From NCBI RefSeq assembly GCF_006345805.1, contig NC_043001.1, positions 131,874,001 to 131,938,000 of the forward strand: 64,000 nt of DNA. The letters are read 5' to 3'. Shown here one piece after another: positions 50,801-64,000 of this stretch. Source of the DNA: Octopus sinensis. Taxonomy: Eukaryota. The notes beneath the pieces are model-generated. The model was not told where the DNA came from. It worked only from the letters and a program-made list of their open reading frames with translations, and searched no databases. The stretch's first letter is position 1. Each line of letters opens with the position of its first letter. The position numbers were made by a program, and so were the translations under genes.

Positions 50801-51649
50801 ATTTCTTTTTTTGCTGGTGTCTCAAATTTAGGTTAAATCAGTGTTTCTCAACGGGGAGGCCTATGGGACGGTCAGACTAGTTGTTTTGAGAGAATTTGGT
50901 TTAAGTATTTGACAACTCAGCACTGTCCATTGGACGAGGGGCATTTTGCTCATTACTAATATTGCTGTTATTAGAACTGTGAGCTAGCAAAATCATTAGC
51001 ACGTTGGGCAAAATACTAAGCAGCATGTTGTCTGTCTTTATGTTTTGAGTTCATATTCTGCTGAGGTCAACTTTGTCTTTCATCCTTTTGAGGTTGGTAA
51101 AATAAGTATCTGTTGAGCACTGGGATCAATGTAATTAACATACCCCCTCCCCGAAATTGCTGGCCTTGCACCAAAATTTTAAACCATTATTATTATGAGG
51201 ATGATGGTGATGGTTAAGGTGGAAAGGCGGCAGAATTGTTAGCATGCCAGGAAAAAATGCTTAGCAGCATTTCATCTGTCTTTACTTCCTGAGTTCAAAT
51301 GTTGCTATGGTCGACTTTACCTTTTATCCTTTTGAGGTCGATAAAATAAGTTGAACACTGTAATAGAAGAAACCAACTTATCCACTCTCCCAAAATTGCT
51401 GGCCTTGTGCCTCATTAGAAAGGAATACAATTATTATTCTTTGTGATTATTATTAAGGTGGTAAGCTGGCAGAATCATTAGCATGCAGGTAACATGCTTC
51501 ACAGTATTTCTTCAGGCTTTACATTACAAGTTCAGATTCTGCCAAGGTTGACTTTGCCTTTCATCTTACCAGGGTCTAGTTGCAATTGGCTAGCCTCCTC
51601 CCTCAAAATTTCAAGCTTTGTGCCTATAGTAAAAGGAAATTATTATTAT

Positions 51650-52820
51650 AATGCTCAATAAGTTTTGATGTAGAGCAGCTAAGATGAAGCCTTTGTAGAC
51701 TTGAGCTTTGTAGCTACTGTTGTGTTTGCTTCTGGTTAACATCAGCTTGTTTAGTAAAGGCCAGATATTTGCCATACAGAGATTTCTGCTCCCACATACA
51801 AGCCAGTTGTTCATGCACTTTTCCTTCTGTTACTAATTTTACTCTTTTGCTAAAACAATTGTCATATTTTCTTCAGGATATTCACCCTGGAGGACATTCA
51901 TAAAATCAGTAGCAAATTTTTTTGCTCTCCTTCAAGATAGAATGAAGCTTTTTACACCTCTCATGACTTTTAATGAGTTTAGCATCCAGTCATAAGTTGT
52001 TTCAAGATATTTGAGCAGTCTAATTGTGGTGGTTTTATAAAAAAAGTTCAAACTGGATCAAACCTCAACCTCCTTGAGCTCAGGGAAGGCAAAGATAATC
52101 CACGTCTGCCTTTGGGTCAGCAACTTATGAATGTTTAGCATACCGGGCAAAATGCTTAGTGGTATTTCATCTGCCGTTACGTTCTGAGTTCAAATCCCGC
52201 CAAGGTCGACTTTGCCTTTCATCCTTTCGGGGTCGAGTAAATAAGTACCAGTTACGCACTGGGGTCGATATAATCGACTTAATCCGTTTGTCTGTCCTTG
52301 TTTGTTTTCTCTGTGTTTAGCCCCTTGTGGGTAGTAAAGAAATAGGTATTTCATCTGCCATTACATTCCGAGTTCAAATCCCACCAAGGTTGACTTTGCC
52401 TTTCATCCTTTCGGGGTTGATAAATTAAGTACCAATTGCGTACTGGAGTCGATGTAATCGACTTAATCCCCTTTGTCTGTCCTTGTTTGTCCCCTCTATG
52501 TTTAGCTCCCTGTGGACAATAAAGAAATTAACTTACGAGTGTTTCTATCAATTTTCTGTACTTCACTGATATTCCAGTTCAACACATTCGAACTCTTGAC
52601 GACAACTGGAACCGTTAAAGAACATATGGCTAACACCTTATTATGTGCATTTAACTCAGATTTCAGAACTGCTTGAACCCTCCTATAATACTCCTTCATG
52701 ATCTTCTCTTTCAAGCTTGCACGCTGATTGCCAGAGCCTTCATGTATTCCTTGGTATTTATAGGTTTGTTCATGCTCAACTTCTTTTATAACTGTTTCAG
52801 CATCTAATTCAACTGAATTT
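51650..52820 (-). pseudogene. R4/Dong-like non-LTR retrotransposon fragment (RT C-terminus/thumb and downstream region), split by family B SINEs at ~52133-52530
   Basis: YKYQG...KEYYRRVQAVLKSELNAHNKVLAI...VPV...NW...IDRNTRKL, continuing PKADVD...GG*GL...WEQKSLYGKY...GFILAA. Confidence 0.75.
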
Positions 52821-53034
52821 GAGACTTTATCAGTTCCCCATCCTTGAAAGGGGCCTTGGCACACACACACACATACACACACTGCTGTCGCCACTGCCGC
52901 CACCGCCGCTGCCACCACCTTACAAAATGCCTGCCAGTATTAGTTCCGTCTTATGTTTTGGTTCAAATCCTGCTGGAGTCAACTTGCCATTCATCTCTTT
53001 CGCACCAACAAATTAATGTACTAGTCAAACACTA

Positions 53035-54400
53035 TCATCATCACCATCATCATCATCGTTTAACGTCCGTTCTCCATGCTAGCATGGGTTGGACGGTTCG
53101 ACCGGGGATCCGGGAAGCCAGAAGGCTGCACCAGGCTCTGGTCTTATCTGGCAATGTTTCTACAGCTGGATGCCCTTCCTAATGCTAACCACTCCGTGAG
53201 TGTAGTGGGTGCTTTTTACGTGCCACCTGTACTGGTGCCAGGCGAGGCTGGCATCGGCCACGGTCAGATTGGTGCATTTTACGTGCCACTGGCACGGGTT
53301 GGTGATATTAACTCACCCCCCAAGATTAATAGCCTTGTGCTTAAATCAAAGCAATTACAAATATCATTAGCATCAGTCATAAGGCAGCGAACTGGTAGAA
53401 TCATTAGCATACTGGGCAAAATGCTAAGTGGTATTTCATTCGTCCTTATGTTCTGAGTTCAAATTCTGCCAAGGTCGACTTTGCCTTTCATCCTTTTGGG
53501 TTTGACAAAATAAGTACCTATTTCTTTATTACCCACAAGGGGCTAAACATAGAGGGGACAAACAAGGACAGACATAGGTATTAAGTTGATTACATCGACC
53601 CCAGTGCGTAACTGGTACTTAATTTATCGACCCCGAAAGGATGAAAGGTAAAGTCGACCTCGGTGGAATTTGAACTCACAACGTAACGGCAGACGAAATA
53701 CCGCTAAGCATTTCGCCCAATGTGCTAACGTTTCTGCCAGCTCGCTGCCTTGACAAAATAAGTACCAGTTAAGTACTGGAGTCGATGTAATCAACTTACC
53801 CCATCTCTGAAATTGCTGGTCTTGTGCCATAATTTGAAACCAATGTTATTAGCATCAATAAAGCAGCGAGCTGACAGAATTGCTACCACACCAGAAAAAA
53901 TGCTTAGTGGCATTTCTTCTGACTTTACATTCTGAGTTCAAATTCCACCATGGCCAACTTTACCTTTCGTCCTTTTGGGCTGAATGAAAGCACCATCCAT
54001 TCGTGGCTGTTTGCCAGCTCTGTCTGGCACCTGTGCAGGTGGCACGTAAAAAGCACCCACTACACTCATGGAGTGGTTGGCATTAGGAAGGGCATCCAGC
54101 CGTAGAAACACTGCCAGATCAGACTGGAGCCTGGTGCAGCCTCCTGGCTTCACAGACCCCAGTTGAACCGTCCAACCCATGCCAGCATGGAAAGCGGACG
54201 CTAAATGATGATGATGATGATGATATTGGCACATAAAAAGCACCATCCGACCGTGGCCATTTGCCAGCCTCGTCTGAAACACTGCCAGATCTGACTGGGC
54301 CTGATGAAGCCTTCCGGCTTCAGACCCCAGTTGAACCGTCCAACCCATGCTAGCATGGAAAACGGACGCTAAATGATGATGATGATGATGATGATGATGA
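53035..54400. mobile_element. Nested cluster of RTE-tail repeats (53035-53297 -, 53985-54400 + x2) and family B SINEs (53380-53980, both strands)
   Basis: Direct homology to the copies above; (GAT)n/(CAT)n tails. Confidence 0.75.
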
Positions 54401-55321
54401 GTACTGGGGTCGATGAAATTTACTTACCCCTAACCCCAAAAATACTGGCCTTGGGCCAAAATTTGGAACTATAATTGTTAGCATCAATATTTTACTAATT
54501 ATTGTTGGTCTTACTATTCTTAGTTTATTAATTAATATTTTTGTTATTCTAAATAACTTTTGATGTTGATAATGTTGGTTGGTTGGTTTGGTTTGGTTAT
54601 TTTGGTTGGTTTGTTTTCCATGTTCCTATTACTATATTATTTCATTTTCATCCTATTTCATTATGTTTTTATTTTTATTTCATTATGTTTTTATTTTTAT
54701 TCCATTACTATTGTTGTTAGTGATGGTGTTAGGAGTGGTGGGATGGTCATGGGATGGTCATCACTGTAGTGTTAGAGTTATTGTATTTTTCAAAAAATGA
54801 ATTACTACTTTATATTTGCTCATTGTTGTTGTTGTCATTGTTTTTATTGTTGTTGTTGTCATTGTTTTTATTGTTTTTATTGTTATATTTCTGTATCATT
54901 TTCATTTATGCTATATTGTTTAGTTTTATTTTGCTTTTTTTTTTGTTGTAGTTATATTTTATTTTTTGTTTCGTTTTGTTATATTTATCTATTTATTTAT
55001 TTGGTTTGATTTTTAATAATAAGATTCTGACATATTACATTTTTGCTAGGTCAAATAATCAGATCCATTACCAATACATTAGCATACTATATAATACAGC
55101 ATGAAATGAAATTAAATGAAACTAGTTTTCTTTCCACCTAATTATATAGCACAATATCCAAGTTAGACATGATTGTTATTTTTTTTCTTCCAAGTTTTGC
55201 ATTATGACAAAGAACAACAACAACAACAACAAAAATAGCTACAACAAAATAGATTAAAAAACATTTTAAATAACACAGATTATATTTTTGTTGTGTCCAT
55301 TGCTTTTTATAAGTATATAGG

Positions 55322-55358
<37 letters not shown>

Positions 55359-56279
55359 GTTATTATTATTATTATCATTATTACTGATACTTTTGAATCT
55401 CTATATTTCAAATTGCTGAATGGATAAAAATATAGCTCATTATGTGTGTGAGTTCAAATCACTTTCAAACTTTTTATTGTAGCTCCAGTCTACTGCATCT
55501 ATGCTGTTGTTAGCTGGAGTTTTTGTTGTTTCAACTTGTAGCAGGCCACAATCATGCAAGACCTATGATTAAAGACAGTTCATAAATGACCATCCCATTT
55601 ATTTTTACTATTCAAATATAATGCCTAAGACACATTAAAAGCAGGTTGGGATTTAAGGAAGTTTTGGCTTCTATTTCAAATATATTGAGACTGCCCAATT
55701 GCTGCAATTTATCATAGATGCAAGAAAAAGTCACCATTTATTTCCAGAGGAATATTTGTCTCTGTTCTTATTGTGGCATTTAGTTATGTCACATTTTAGT
55801 ATGAGTTTGGTTGGAGAAAATATATTATGCAGTTACATCCCATAGTGGTATTTCATCTGTCGTTACGTTCTGAGTTCAAATTCCACCGAGGTCGACTTTG
55901 CCCTTCAACTTTTTGGAGTTGATTAAATGAGTATCAGTTATGCACTGGGGTCGATGTAATCGACTTAATCCTTTTGTCTGTCCTTGTTTGTTCCCTCTAT
56001 GTTTAGCCCCCACCCTGTGGGCAATAAAGAAATATATATTTTGGATTCAAATTCCATCAAGATTGACATCAAATTTATCTTTTCTATGTTGATAAAATAA
56101 GTTACAGCCAAGACCTGAGAGCTATTCATTTGATGCCTACATATTTCACTAGGTTAACTGTAACAGATATCACGTTCTACTCTCAACATCTAAGTACTGT
56201 AACAATGATGTAAAAACCAAAAAATCACTCAATACGTTTTTGTCCATCTCCCATTTATCATCACAGACATACCCACATA

Positions 56280-56744
56280 TCTCTCTCTATATAAACGGCA
56301 GTTTGTCTGTGTGCGTGTCTGTGTGTCTGTCAGGTTGTACCCTCACCCTGACCAAGGCTTTCAACCGATTCTGATGAAACTTGACACACACATAGCCCAA
56401 TGTCATAATTCAAAACTAACGCAGCGAAAATTTTGAAAAGTTCACCCAGTTCTGAAAAAATTGATAAATTCGACATGGGGTCGAGAATCTAAGCTCTTTA
56501 TATGCAACACATTTTCTGGGCTGTACGTGGGCTGTTCACGCGTTTGGAGGCGCAATGATGTTTTCATGTTTTCGCCCAAAGGGACAGCTAGGAACATCGT
56601 ATACACAGAAGTATTCGAGTGAAGAGAAGACATTGCAACCTACACATGCGCCTTCGTTCCCTGGAGGGAAAGGACTAGATTGGGATTAGTCGTTGCCTAC
56701 TAGGGGCTCTTACATACCCGGGCAATGCCGGGCTATGCTGCTAG
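56280..56744 (+). mobile_element. Non-autonomous Helitron
   Basis: A|TC start, subterminal hairpin CCCGG-GCAATG-CCGGG, CTAG|T end, no TSD. Confidence 0.85.
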
Positions 56745-57026
56745 TCAATGAATAAAATAAAACCTTAAAAACAAGCCTTAATGAAAGCAGTCCCTGTGGA
56801 ATCACTTCCACCAAGAAAGTCAAACAAGGCTTGCAGAAATCAACAACAACATAATGACCAAAAGTAACACTGCAGTACATACATTGAACATCACCACAAT
56901 TACTGACATTGACACTACAGTACATATATTCAACAACACTGCAATCACCAACATAGATTCTGCAATCCATACATTCATCCAAATAATTATAGACTCAGCT
57001 CCACCTCACCAAAATGAACCCACATA

Positions 57027-57758
57027 CAAGGTCTGATCAATAAGTATCCGGAGTATTGCCATAGTAACGAAGCTAAAGCATGCAGAGTAAAGTTGCTTGG
57101 CACAGATTAACCTTGACTAAGTCTTAACGTTCTAACTCATTTCTGCTGTTTATAACAGTGCTTGGAAGGAACGTGTGTAGCATGTGATCGTCGCATTGAC
57201 TATGACAGAAAAAGTTGTCATGACGATAGTTGCTCAGAGAACGACGCAAAGTTGCAGAAAGTGTATGGAGAGGGGTGCATGAGCCGCACACCATCCGCGA
57301 GTTATCCGAGGATGTGCAGATGATTTACGGTTCAGTTCAGTCCATTATCAGTGAAGATTTGGGTATGAAACGCGTGTCTGCCAAGATTGTGCCAAAACAG
57401 CTCTCAGCTTGCCAAAATGACACTCGGGTTTCAGTTGCACAAGATCTTCTTGATTGTGTCGAGAACGATGAAAAGTTTTTGAAAACTTTGCGTAGATCTC
57501 TGAGCAGGTATAAAGAAACCTTTGGCAAAATTGGATGCAGATTTTCTGATCAACTTTCTGTCATGGTCAATGCGACAATCACACGTTGCACACGTTCCTT
57601 CCAAGCACTGCTGTAAACAGTAGAAGCGAGCTAGAACGTTAAGACTTAATGCGCATGCACAGCAGAGGTCAAGGTCAATTTGTGCCAAGCAGCTTCACTC
57701 TGTATGCTTTAGCTTCGTGATTATGGCAATAATCTGGATACTTATTGATCAGACCACA
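57027..57758 (+). mobile_element. Non-autonomous mariner with ~190-bp inverted ends and an internal transposase fragment
   Basis: TA-flanked; GGTCTGATCAATAAGTATCC / GGATACTTATTGATCAGACC; internal TIRELSEDV...GMKRVSAKIVPKQL...FLKT. Confidence 0.85.
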
Positions 57759-58157
57759 TATAAGAGCAATATCAAAACATTCAATTGAAATAGCTTCCAA
57801 GATTCAAACCAACGATTACCTGAAACATAGGATACCAACATCACACACAACATTGCATCTCATATTTGTGGAGGAGGGTGTCTCGAAAAGGAACCAACTG
57901 TAAGAACATGCAACCAGATTCTTTGAGATAAGTGTTCTGAGTTGAAATCCCAGCATGGTCTACTTGGGTGGTTGATTTAAGCTTTCCCTCAGTTTAACAC
58001 CTCTACCTGGTACTTTTTATGCATTTTGTAAAGTCCTCCCCGTAGTAAACACTCAGTACAGGCCTAAAATTTGAGAATCCCTTCTTCCCTCCTTACCAGT
58101 CTCAGTGTCCTTGAAAAGGTTTGTAACGCAAAATATTTAGTGTTGGTAGTTAGAGGT

Positions 58158-58545
58158 ATACTCTTTTACTCTTTTACTCTTTTACTTGTTTCAGTCATTT
58201 GACTGCGGCCATGCTGGAGCACCGCCTTTTTGTCGAGCAAATCGACTCCGGGACTTATTCTTTGTAAACCCAGTACTTATTCTATCGGTCTCTTTTGCCG
58301 AACCGCTAAGTGACGGTTGTCAAGCAATGCTAGGGGGACAAACACATACACACACACATATATATATATATACATATATACGACAGGATTCTTTCAGTTT
58401 CCGTCTACCAAATCCACTCACAAGGCATTGGTCGGCCCGGGGCTATAGCAGAAGACACTTGCCCAAGATGCCACGCAGTTGGACTGAACCCGGAACCATG
58501 TGGTTGGTAAGCAAGCTACTTACCACACAGCCACTCCTGTGCCTG
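58158..58545 (-). mobile_element. SINE family A
   Basis: Copy with a small internal deletion. Confidence 0.9.
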
Positions 58546-58750
58546 TGCACGAAATTCCAAATTCCAAATTATTTATTATCGTCAACAAAATAATGTGTTG
58601 TCATTTCAACAAACGACAGAACAAAAGATATTACACCAAGTGAAGCAGTTCAACAATTTGTGTGAGATTCATGCAATTCTGGTTTTTATTTGAATCACGA
58701 CTGCTGTCGTTGTTTATGTTAAGGGGTGCAAATTCAGGCAGCCGTTGGTC

Positions 58751-59074
58751 TTGGCAGGGTTTCACCATCAGTATACAGTTCTCCCTATATGCAGCCAGTG
58801 AAAGAAAAAGGCACCAAAGACAAAATTGCTAATGACAATCCCATGTTATTTACCTCATGAGAATTTTAATGAGTTAAATATCTGCTGAGCCAGTTGTTCG
58901 TTTGATAAAAGAGTAAATTATTAATATGTTTGTAAGATTTGAATGGGTTAATCTCTTACTGATGACATCAAGCCTTGATAGCAGCTTGTTGATTATTTAG
59001 TTTATTTTAACGACTGAACACAGTGAACTGGTTTCGATTCTTAGGCAGTGAGTTGGTGTACGTGACCCTGCCAA
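58751..59074. mobile_element. Possible old MITE
   Basis: TTGGCAGGGT(TT)CAC / GTGACCCTGCCAA imperfect terminal inverted repeat. Confidence 0.3.
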
Positions 59075-59265
59075 ATATTTCTGCTAAAGGATGACGGATA
59101 CCACCTTGCCTCCTGACTATACGATAAAAATTTAAATAACCACAGACTCTAGTTCCTCTATGAACCAGAAATCACACGCATCAAATATAAACCACAAAAC
59201 AAAAGCAAGCAGTAAAATACTGCGAAGTTATTAGCAACATCAATATATCTAATAATAACCCCACC

Positions 59266-60438
59266 GGGATCTTTTCTATTCTGAAGCCAGTTTTTTCAAA
59301 TTTTTCCTACTGAACCAAACAATTTGAAACTTCGTATACTGGTAGAATGTGTCAAAAGTAAACTTAATTGTAAACCAGAATGAAAACGGAATTGTAACTT
59401 CTAAGTTTAACGTTGTTTAATAATTAGAATTTTAACCAATGATATTCCGTCATTCGGCTTTATTTTATTTACTCCGTCTCGACCACCAATTTCGTGACGT
59501 ATTAAACATCTTAAATGTAAACAAGCGTGTGTGAAGAGACAGAGAGAGTAATGTGTGAAAGAGAGAGATAACTGAAATTTTTTACTCGGTGTATGTGTAT
59601 ATGTATGTCTGCATGTATGTGTGTGTGTGTATGTGTAAGTATGTGTGTGTGTATGTATGTGTGTGTGTATGTATGTATGGCCGATTCATCGTAATTACGA
59701 TGAATCGGCCATACATACATAGATACATACACACACACACATACATGCAGACATACATATACACATACACCGAGTAAAAAATTTCAGTTATCTCTCTCTT
59801 TCACACATTACTCTCTCTGTCTCTTCACACACACTAACAGAAGCACTTCACTTACACAACATACTGTCTCCCACACCCCATCAAACACACACACACACAC
59901 ACACACATGTACATCAATGCTTCCCCTAGACGGTAACTTCAAAGACAAACTTCCCTCGTCATAAAATCGCTTCCTCTTAGTCTCTTTCGCTCTCATTACT
60001 TATGTAAAAAAATAAAAGTTTTTTACGGAAATCGACGGAAAACTTGTGCTACGACAAGAGAAACTTCGCCGAAATTTAATATTAAAAAAGCAAAGAGCTG
60101 GCAGAAACGTTAGCACGCCGGGCGAAATGCGTAGCCGTATTTCGTCTGCCGTTACGTTCTGTGTTTGTTTACAGTTTTCCGAACGTTAGTACGTCACAAA
60201 AGCGCTTTCTACGTCACACTAATAGAATGCAGTCAAGTTTTACACATGAAAACAAACAATCTGATTGGTTAAAATTCGCAGTTTTAATCTACGATTAAAG
60301 TCATAAAATAGATTTTTCTCAAATAAACTAGTTCCAACCTGTGTCTTGTTTTGCTAGACTCTATCAGCATACGAAGTTTCAGATTATTTAGTTAAGTAGA
60401 AAGATCTGTGGTCCTGGCTTCAGAATTGAAAAGATCCC
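59266..60438. mobile_element. Non-autonomous TIR element containing a large palindrome
   Basis: GGGATCTTTTCTATTCTGAAGCCAG / CTGGCTTCAGAATTGAAAAGATCCC plus further inverted blocks (GAAACTTCGTAT/ATACGAAGTTTC; AATTTTAACCAAT/ATTGGTTAAAATT). Confidence 0.65.
59527..59832. repeat. Spacerless ~300-bp palindrome
   Basis: Centre ATGGCCGATTCATCGTAA|TTACGATGAATCGGCCAT; arms match except in the microsatellite tract. Confidence 0.9.
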
Positions 60439-60563
60439 CACACCGCATAACCTGCCTAAATAACAACTGTTAACACCTACATTCCAAAAGCAAGCAAATT
60501 ACAACAGCTACTACTACTACTACTACTACTACTAAAAAGAACAACAACAACAACAACAACAAC

Positions 60564-60627
<64 letters not shown>

Positions 60628-60950
60628 GCCAGGTGTTGAGAGGGATTCTTGGAGGTTTGAATAATTCACCTTTGGAAACATGGGTGGTTCGGTCAACATC
60701 CTTAAACAATCCTTATTTAGGGACCTTTTGAGCGGTATGGGTTACTTGATCTGAAGAAAATTCTAACTGGGCCCCACCTGCAAAGGTCATGTGCTATTTA
60801 TCATAATATGAGATCACTATGTCGCGCACATATGGTTGTGATGCATATGCCTGGTGTACCCTTATCAGACGGGTAGTCATGATGGGTATACTGGGCTTCG
60901 TATATTTTACCCCAGTATCACGTTGATGGCATGCACTGCCCTCTCACTCA
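60628..60950 (+). mobile_element. Repeat family C, 5'-truncated, inside an (AAT)n array
   Basis: (AAT)n on both sides. Confidence 0.85.
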
Positions 60951-60956
60951 ATAATA

Positions 60957-60997
<41 letters not shown>

Positions 60998-61282
60998 TAA
61001 TAATAATAATAATAATTTGGATATATGCACAATTGAATCTAATAGAACTGGAAATCGGGGAAAATCCTTACAGTTTTACAGGTTAACAAACTTAACGGAA
61101 ATAATATCAGACTCAGACCCATTACCCTCTTACAAAGGCCTTCGAAATGCATAGGAAATCTCATCCCAGACATTGATAACACACAAATATATTCATTCTA
61201 CTCTTCAATTTACAATACAGTTTCCAACCGTTCCATTCAACCACCCAGCACAGAAAATGCATCAAGGTTTCCACCATCGCTC

Positions 61283-61357
<75 letters not shown>

Positions 61358-61649
61358 TTTAAACTGCCATTGACATCTGCTGTTCGTTTACATACGAAAT
61401 ATTCAACCTCTCTTTAGGAAAAAAACTAAAATGCCTGCTACCAAACTACCCATCAGGTCGCAAACACTTCTATTCAATTAATATTGCTCCCAAAGTGAGG
61501 TCAGAAAACCCCCATTTGTTTAAAGATGAATTCTAGTCAAAAATTGTAAGGGAGATTACTCTGAGTTGTAGTAACTGAAACTGATTGTGGACGGACATTG
61601 TAGAGTTAATGTGAAGTTTGACAAATACAGTAACAAATCTAAACATCTT

Positions 61650-63710
61650 TCGAGTTTATTCTGCCTCTTCTGCGAAGCATAGTCACAGCAACACTTATAC
61701 AAGGCCTTACTTAGGCCACTAAGAAGAGCCACAAATATTTTGAGTGAATAAACACAGATCGGCGTGACTACTTGAAAGAACGAATGTTTGTATTCAGCTC
61801 GAGTCAGATGGTCAATGCATGGATTTAAAGAATTTTATACCTGATTATAAAATCATAGAGTATAGGTGCTAATTAAAATAATACCAGTAGTGAGGAAAGA
61901 GATTTATGATAAAAGTGATGAAAAAAGGTAGTAGAAAAGAGAAACAAGAGATAGCACATCCATGGGAGGCAGGGTGGTGTCTGTTTTCATGCCAATCAGT
62001 CAAGCGTCCTTTCTGTTGATATGGTTTTGGATATCTGTTTGTTGAAGAAGGTAGTTATTAATGACGGATTCTATCATCTTGGAGATGTTGGAAGTAAATG
62101 CAATAGGCCGGTAGTCGGAAAAGTTAGAGAGGTTGTTTTTTTTTTGTAATGAAATACACTGTAGCATATTAGCAAAGATTGGGTAAGATCCCAGGGTAAA
62201 GAATGAAAAGGAGGTATGAACGTTTTGTGAAGATAAGGACGGACTCTTGGACGCATTGCTTGAGGGTAGTTGAAGGAAATTATCAGGACCATTGGCCTCA
62301 AAGCAACAGGAACTATTTTCACGCTTGGTGTCTATATGGGCATGGGAATGAGTACAGAGAAACGGAGTTAGAGATCTACTTTGAAAGTTCCACGAGGATT
62401 TACATACAGAGTTGGCAGCAAATATGGAAACATTCACTGTGGAGTACAGCTTACAGAAACACTGTTATTGCAAAGTGGAGAAAACAAAGAATTCTTTAAA
62501 AGCTGACAGAGATTATGTGAGGTATACCAGCCATCTCAATATGGCTAACCACTAAGGGTGGGTGTTACTGTAGCTTGTTGCCCCAGGAGAACATCGTCTC
62601 CAGCTGGCTTTAGGCACACTTTCTGTGCCGTGACGAAAAGTTACTGGAAAAACCATATAAGGATTTGCATTGGGACTCCCTTCATCGAAAACCGGTGATT
62701 GTCGTAGGCCGACGACAGGTCAATACCTAGAAACTGCAGTCGGTGCGTATCACTTAGGTTGACGAGGGAGGGATGACTTCCCTTTGCAAATACCATAAGG
62801 GCACAGAAAGTGTGCCTAAAGCCAGCTGAAGACGATGTTCTCCTGGGGCTACAAGCTACAGTAACACCCACCCTTAGTGGTTAGCCATATTGAGATGGCT
62901 AGTATACCTCACATTGTCGTGCAGTTACTGTTTATATCTCGTTCAGAGATTTATTATTGACAGATTATTTTAACAAGAAACCAAAGATCGGCTGCAGTTT
63001 GGGAGGAGGGATTCTATGCTGGCTATGCGATATTACAAATGCATTTTTCATGGCTTGGATGATGGCCAAGCAGTAGTTCATTGCTTGTTTTAGGTGCAGG
63101 TAGTGTTTTCCAAACGTTAGGCCCTGCACTTTACCTGAAGAGCTGCATCCTGCCAATGGGTGAATCAGTGGGAAACTTGAGACTGTGAATTTAGGTTGTG
63201 AATAGGGTGTTGAAGACTGGTTTCAGTTATCCACGTAGCTGTTTACGATGCATTAGAGGTAAAGTTTATTTGCTACCAGAGATATTCAACGCAACATTGA
63301 AAGAGCTCCGACCAGTTAGCTAACCTAAGCTACCAAATGGTCCACTAAGAGGAGGAGGAATATCGTATAACATGTAACAGTCTGTTGGGTTGGGAAGCGA
63401 TGAAGCATTGGTCGGATGACTCGGTAGATGCAGAGACAGTGATGGTCAGGTAGAGATTGGCTTTGAACGTGAGAAAAAGTTCAAGAGTGCTTGAAGATTG
63501 TGTGTTAATAAAAGTAGAGGATAAGACTATATGATGTAAAGGGTTGAGGAGAACCAAAAATTTGGGATCTGTATTGACAGTAACACAATAGGGTGAGTGT
63601 GAACATGAGCGTCAAGAAGAATTGTAAGCGTTAAAGTCTCCAAGGGCGGTGAGTTCGAAGAAGTGTGAAGTGAAATAGATGTCCACGCTGCAGGAAGAGA
63701 TATATATATT
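61650..63710 (-). pseudogene. Highly decayed CR1/Jockey-group LINE (EN and RT remnants), interrupted by a MITE
   Basis: GPDN...KK..LSNFSDYRPIAFTSNISKMIESVINNYLL (RT domain 0-1 motif); HSFF-like 3' motif; boundaries approximate. Confidence 0.6.
62515..62914. mobile_element. MITE with ~115-bp terminal inverted repeats
   Basis: ATGTGAGGTATACCAGCCATCTCAATATGGCTAACCACTAAGGG...TGTGCC mirrored by GGCACA...CCCTTAGTGGTTAGCCATATTGAGATGGCTAGTATACCTCACAT. Confidence 0.85.
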
Positions 63711-63711
63711 A

Positions 63712-63927
63712 CTTTACTACCCACAAGGGGCTAAACATAGAGGGGACAAACAAGGACAGACAAAGGGATTAAGTAGATTATATCGACCCCAGTGCGTAAC
63801 TGGTACTTAATTTATCGACCCCGAGAGGATGAAAGGCAAAGTCGACCTCGGCGGAATTTGAACTCGGAACGTAACGACAGACGAAATACGGCTACGCATT
63901 TCGCCCGGTGTGCTAACGTTTCTGCCA
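63712..63927 (-). mobile_element. SINE family B
   Basis: Near full-length; highly similar to 11095-11322. Confidence 0.85.
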
Positions 63928-64000
63928 TAGTCAAAGTGTTGGTAATTGTTAGAGATGTTTGTAAAACAATAGCGGAAGCAGATGGGTCTGGAGATGTAAA

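Noticed and set aside
56371-56390. CTGATGAAAC motif (also CTGATGA at ~12212 -, ~25033 -, ~34643 -, ~54301, ~58959)
   Set aside because: No flanking stems or correctly placed GAAA/NUH; chance matches.

Overview
Eukaryotic, AT-rich, repeat-dominated DNA with no intact protein-coding gene that I can support. The SINE families and microsatellite load suggest an octopus/coleoid cephalopod genome (inference). Almost all listed ORFs are artefacts of (TA)n/(CA)n/(AAT)n microsatellites or SINEs. The window holds: at least four tRNA-derived SINE families; decayed Penelope (GIY-YIG), RTE, R4/Dong-like and CR1-like retroelement fragments; Tc1/mariner remnants; non-autonomous Helitrons; and several MITE or fold-back elements. 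The most notable signal is a set of type I hammerhead ribozyme motifs in four non-coding, mostly (TA)n-associated repeat families: seven long-stem-II motifs, three minimal motifs with a variant CUGUNGA core, and three decayed copies. Two of them lie in tandem and would release a ~557-nt retrozyme-like monomer, directly beside a Penelope endonuclease remnant. Ribozyme activity and expression are not demonstrated; coordinates were read by eye.
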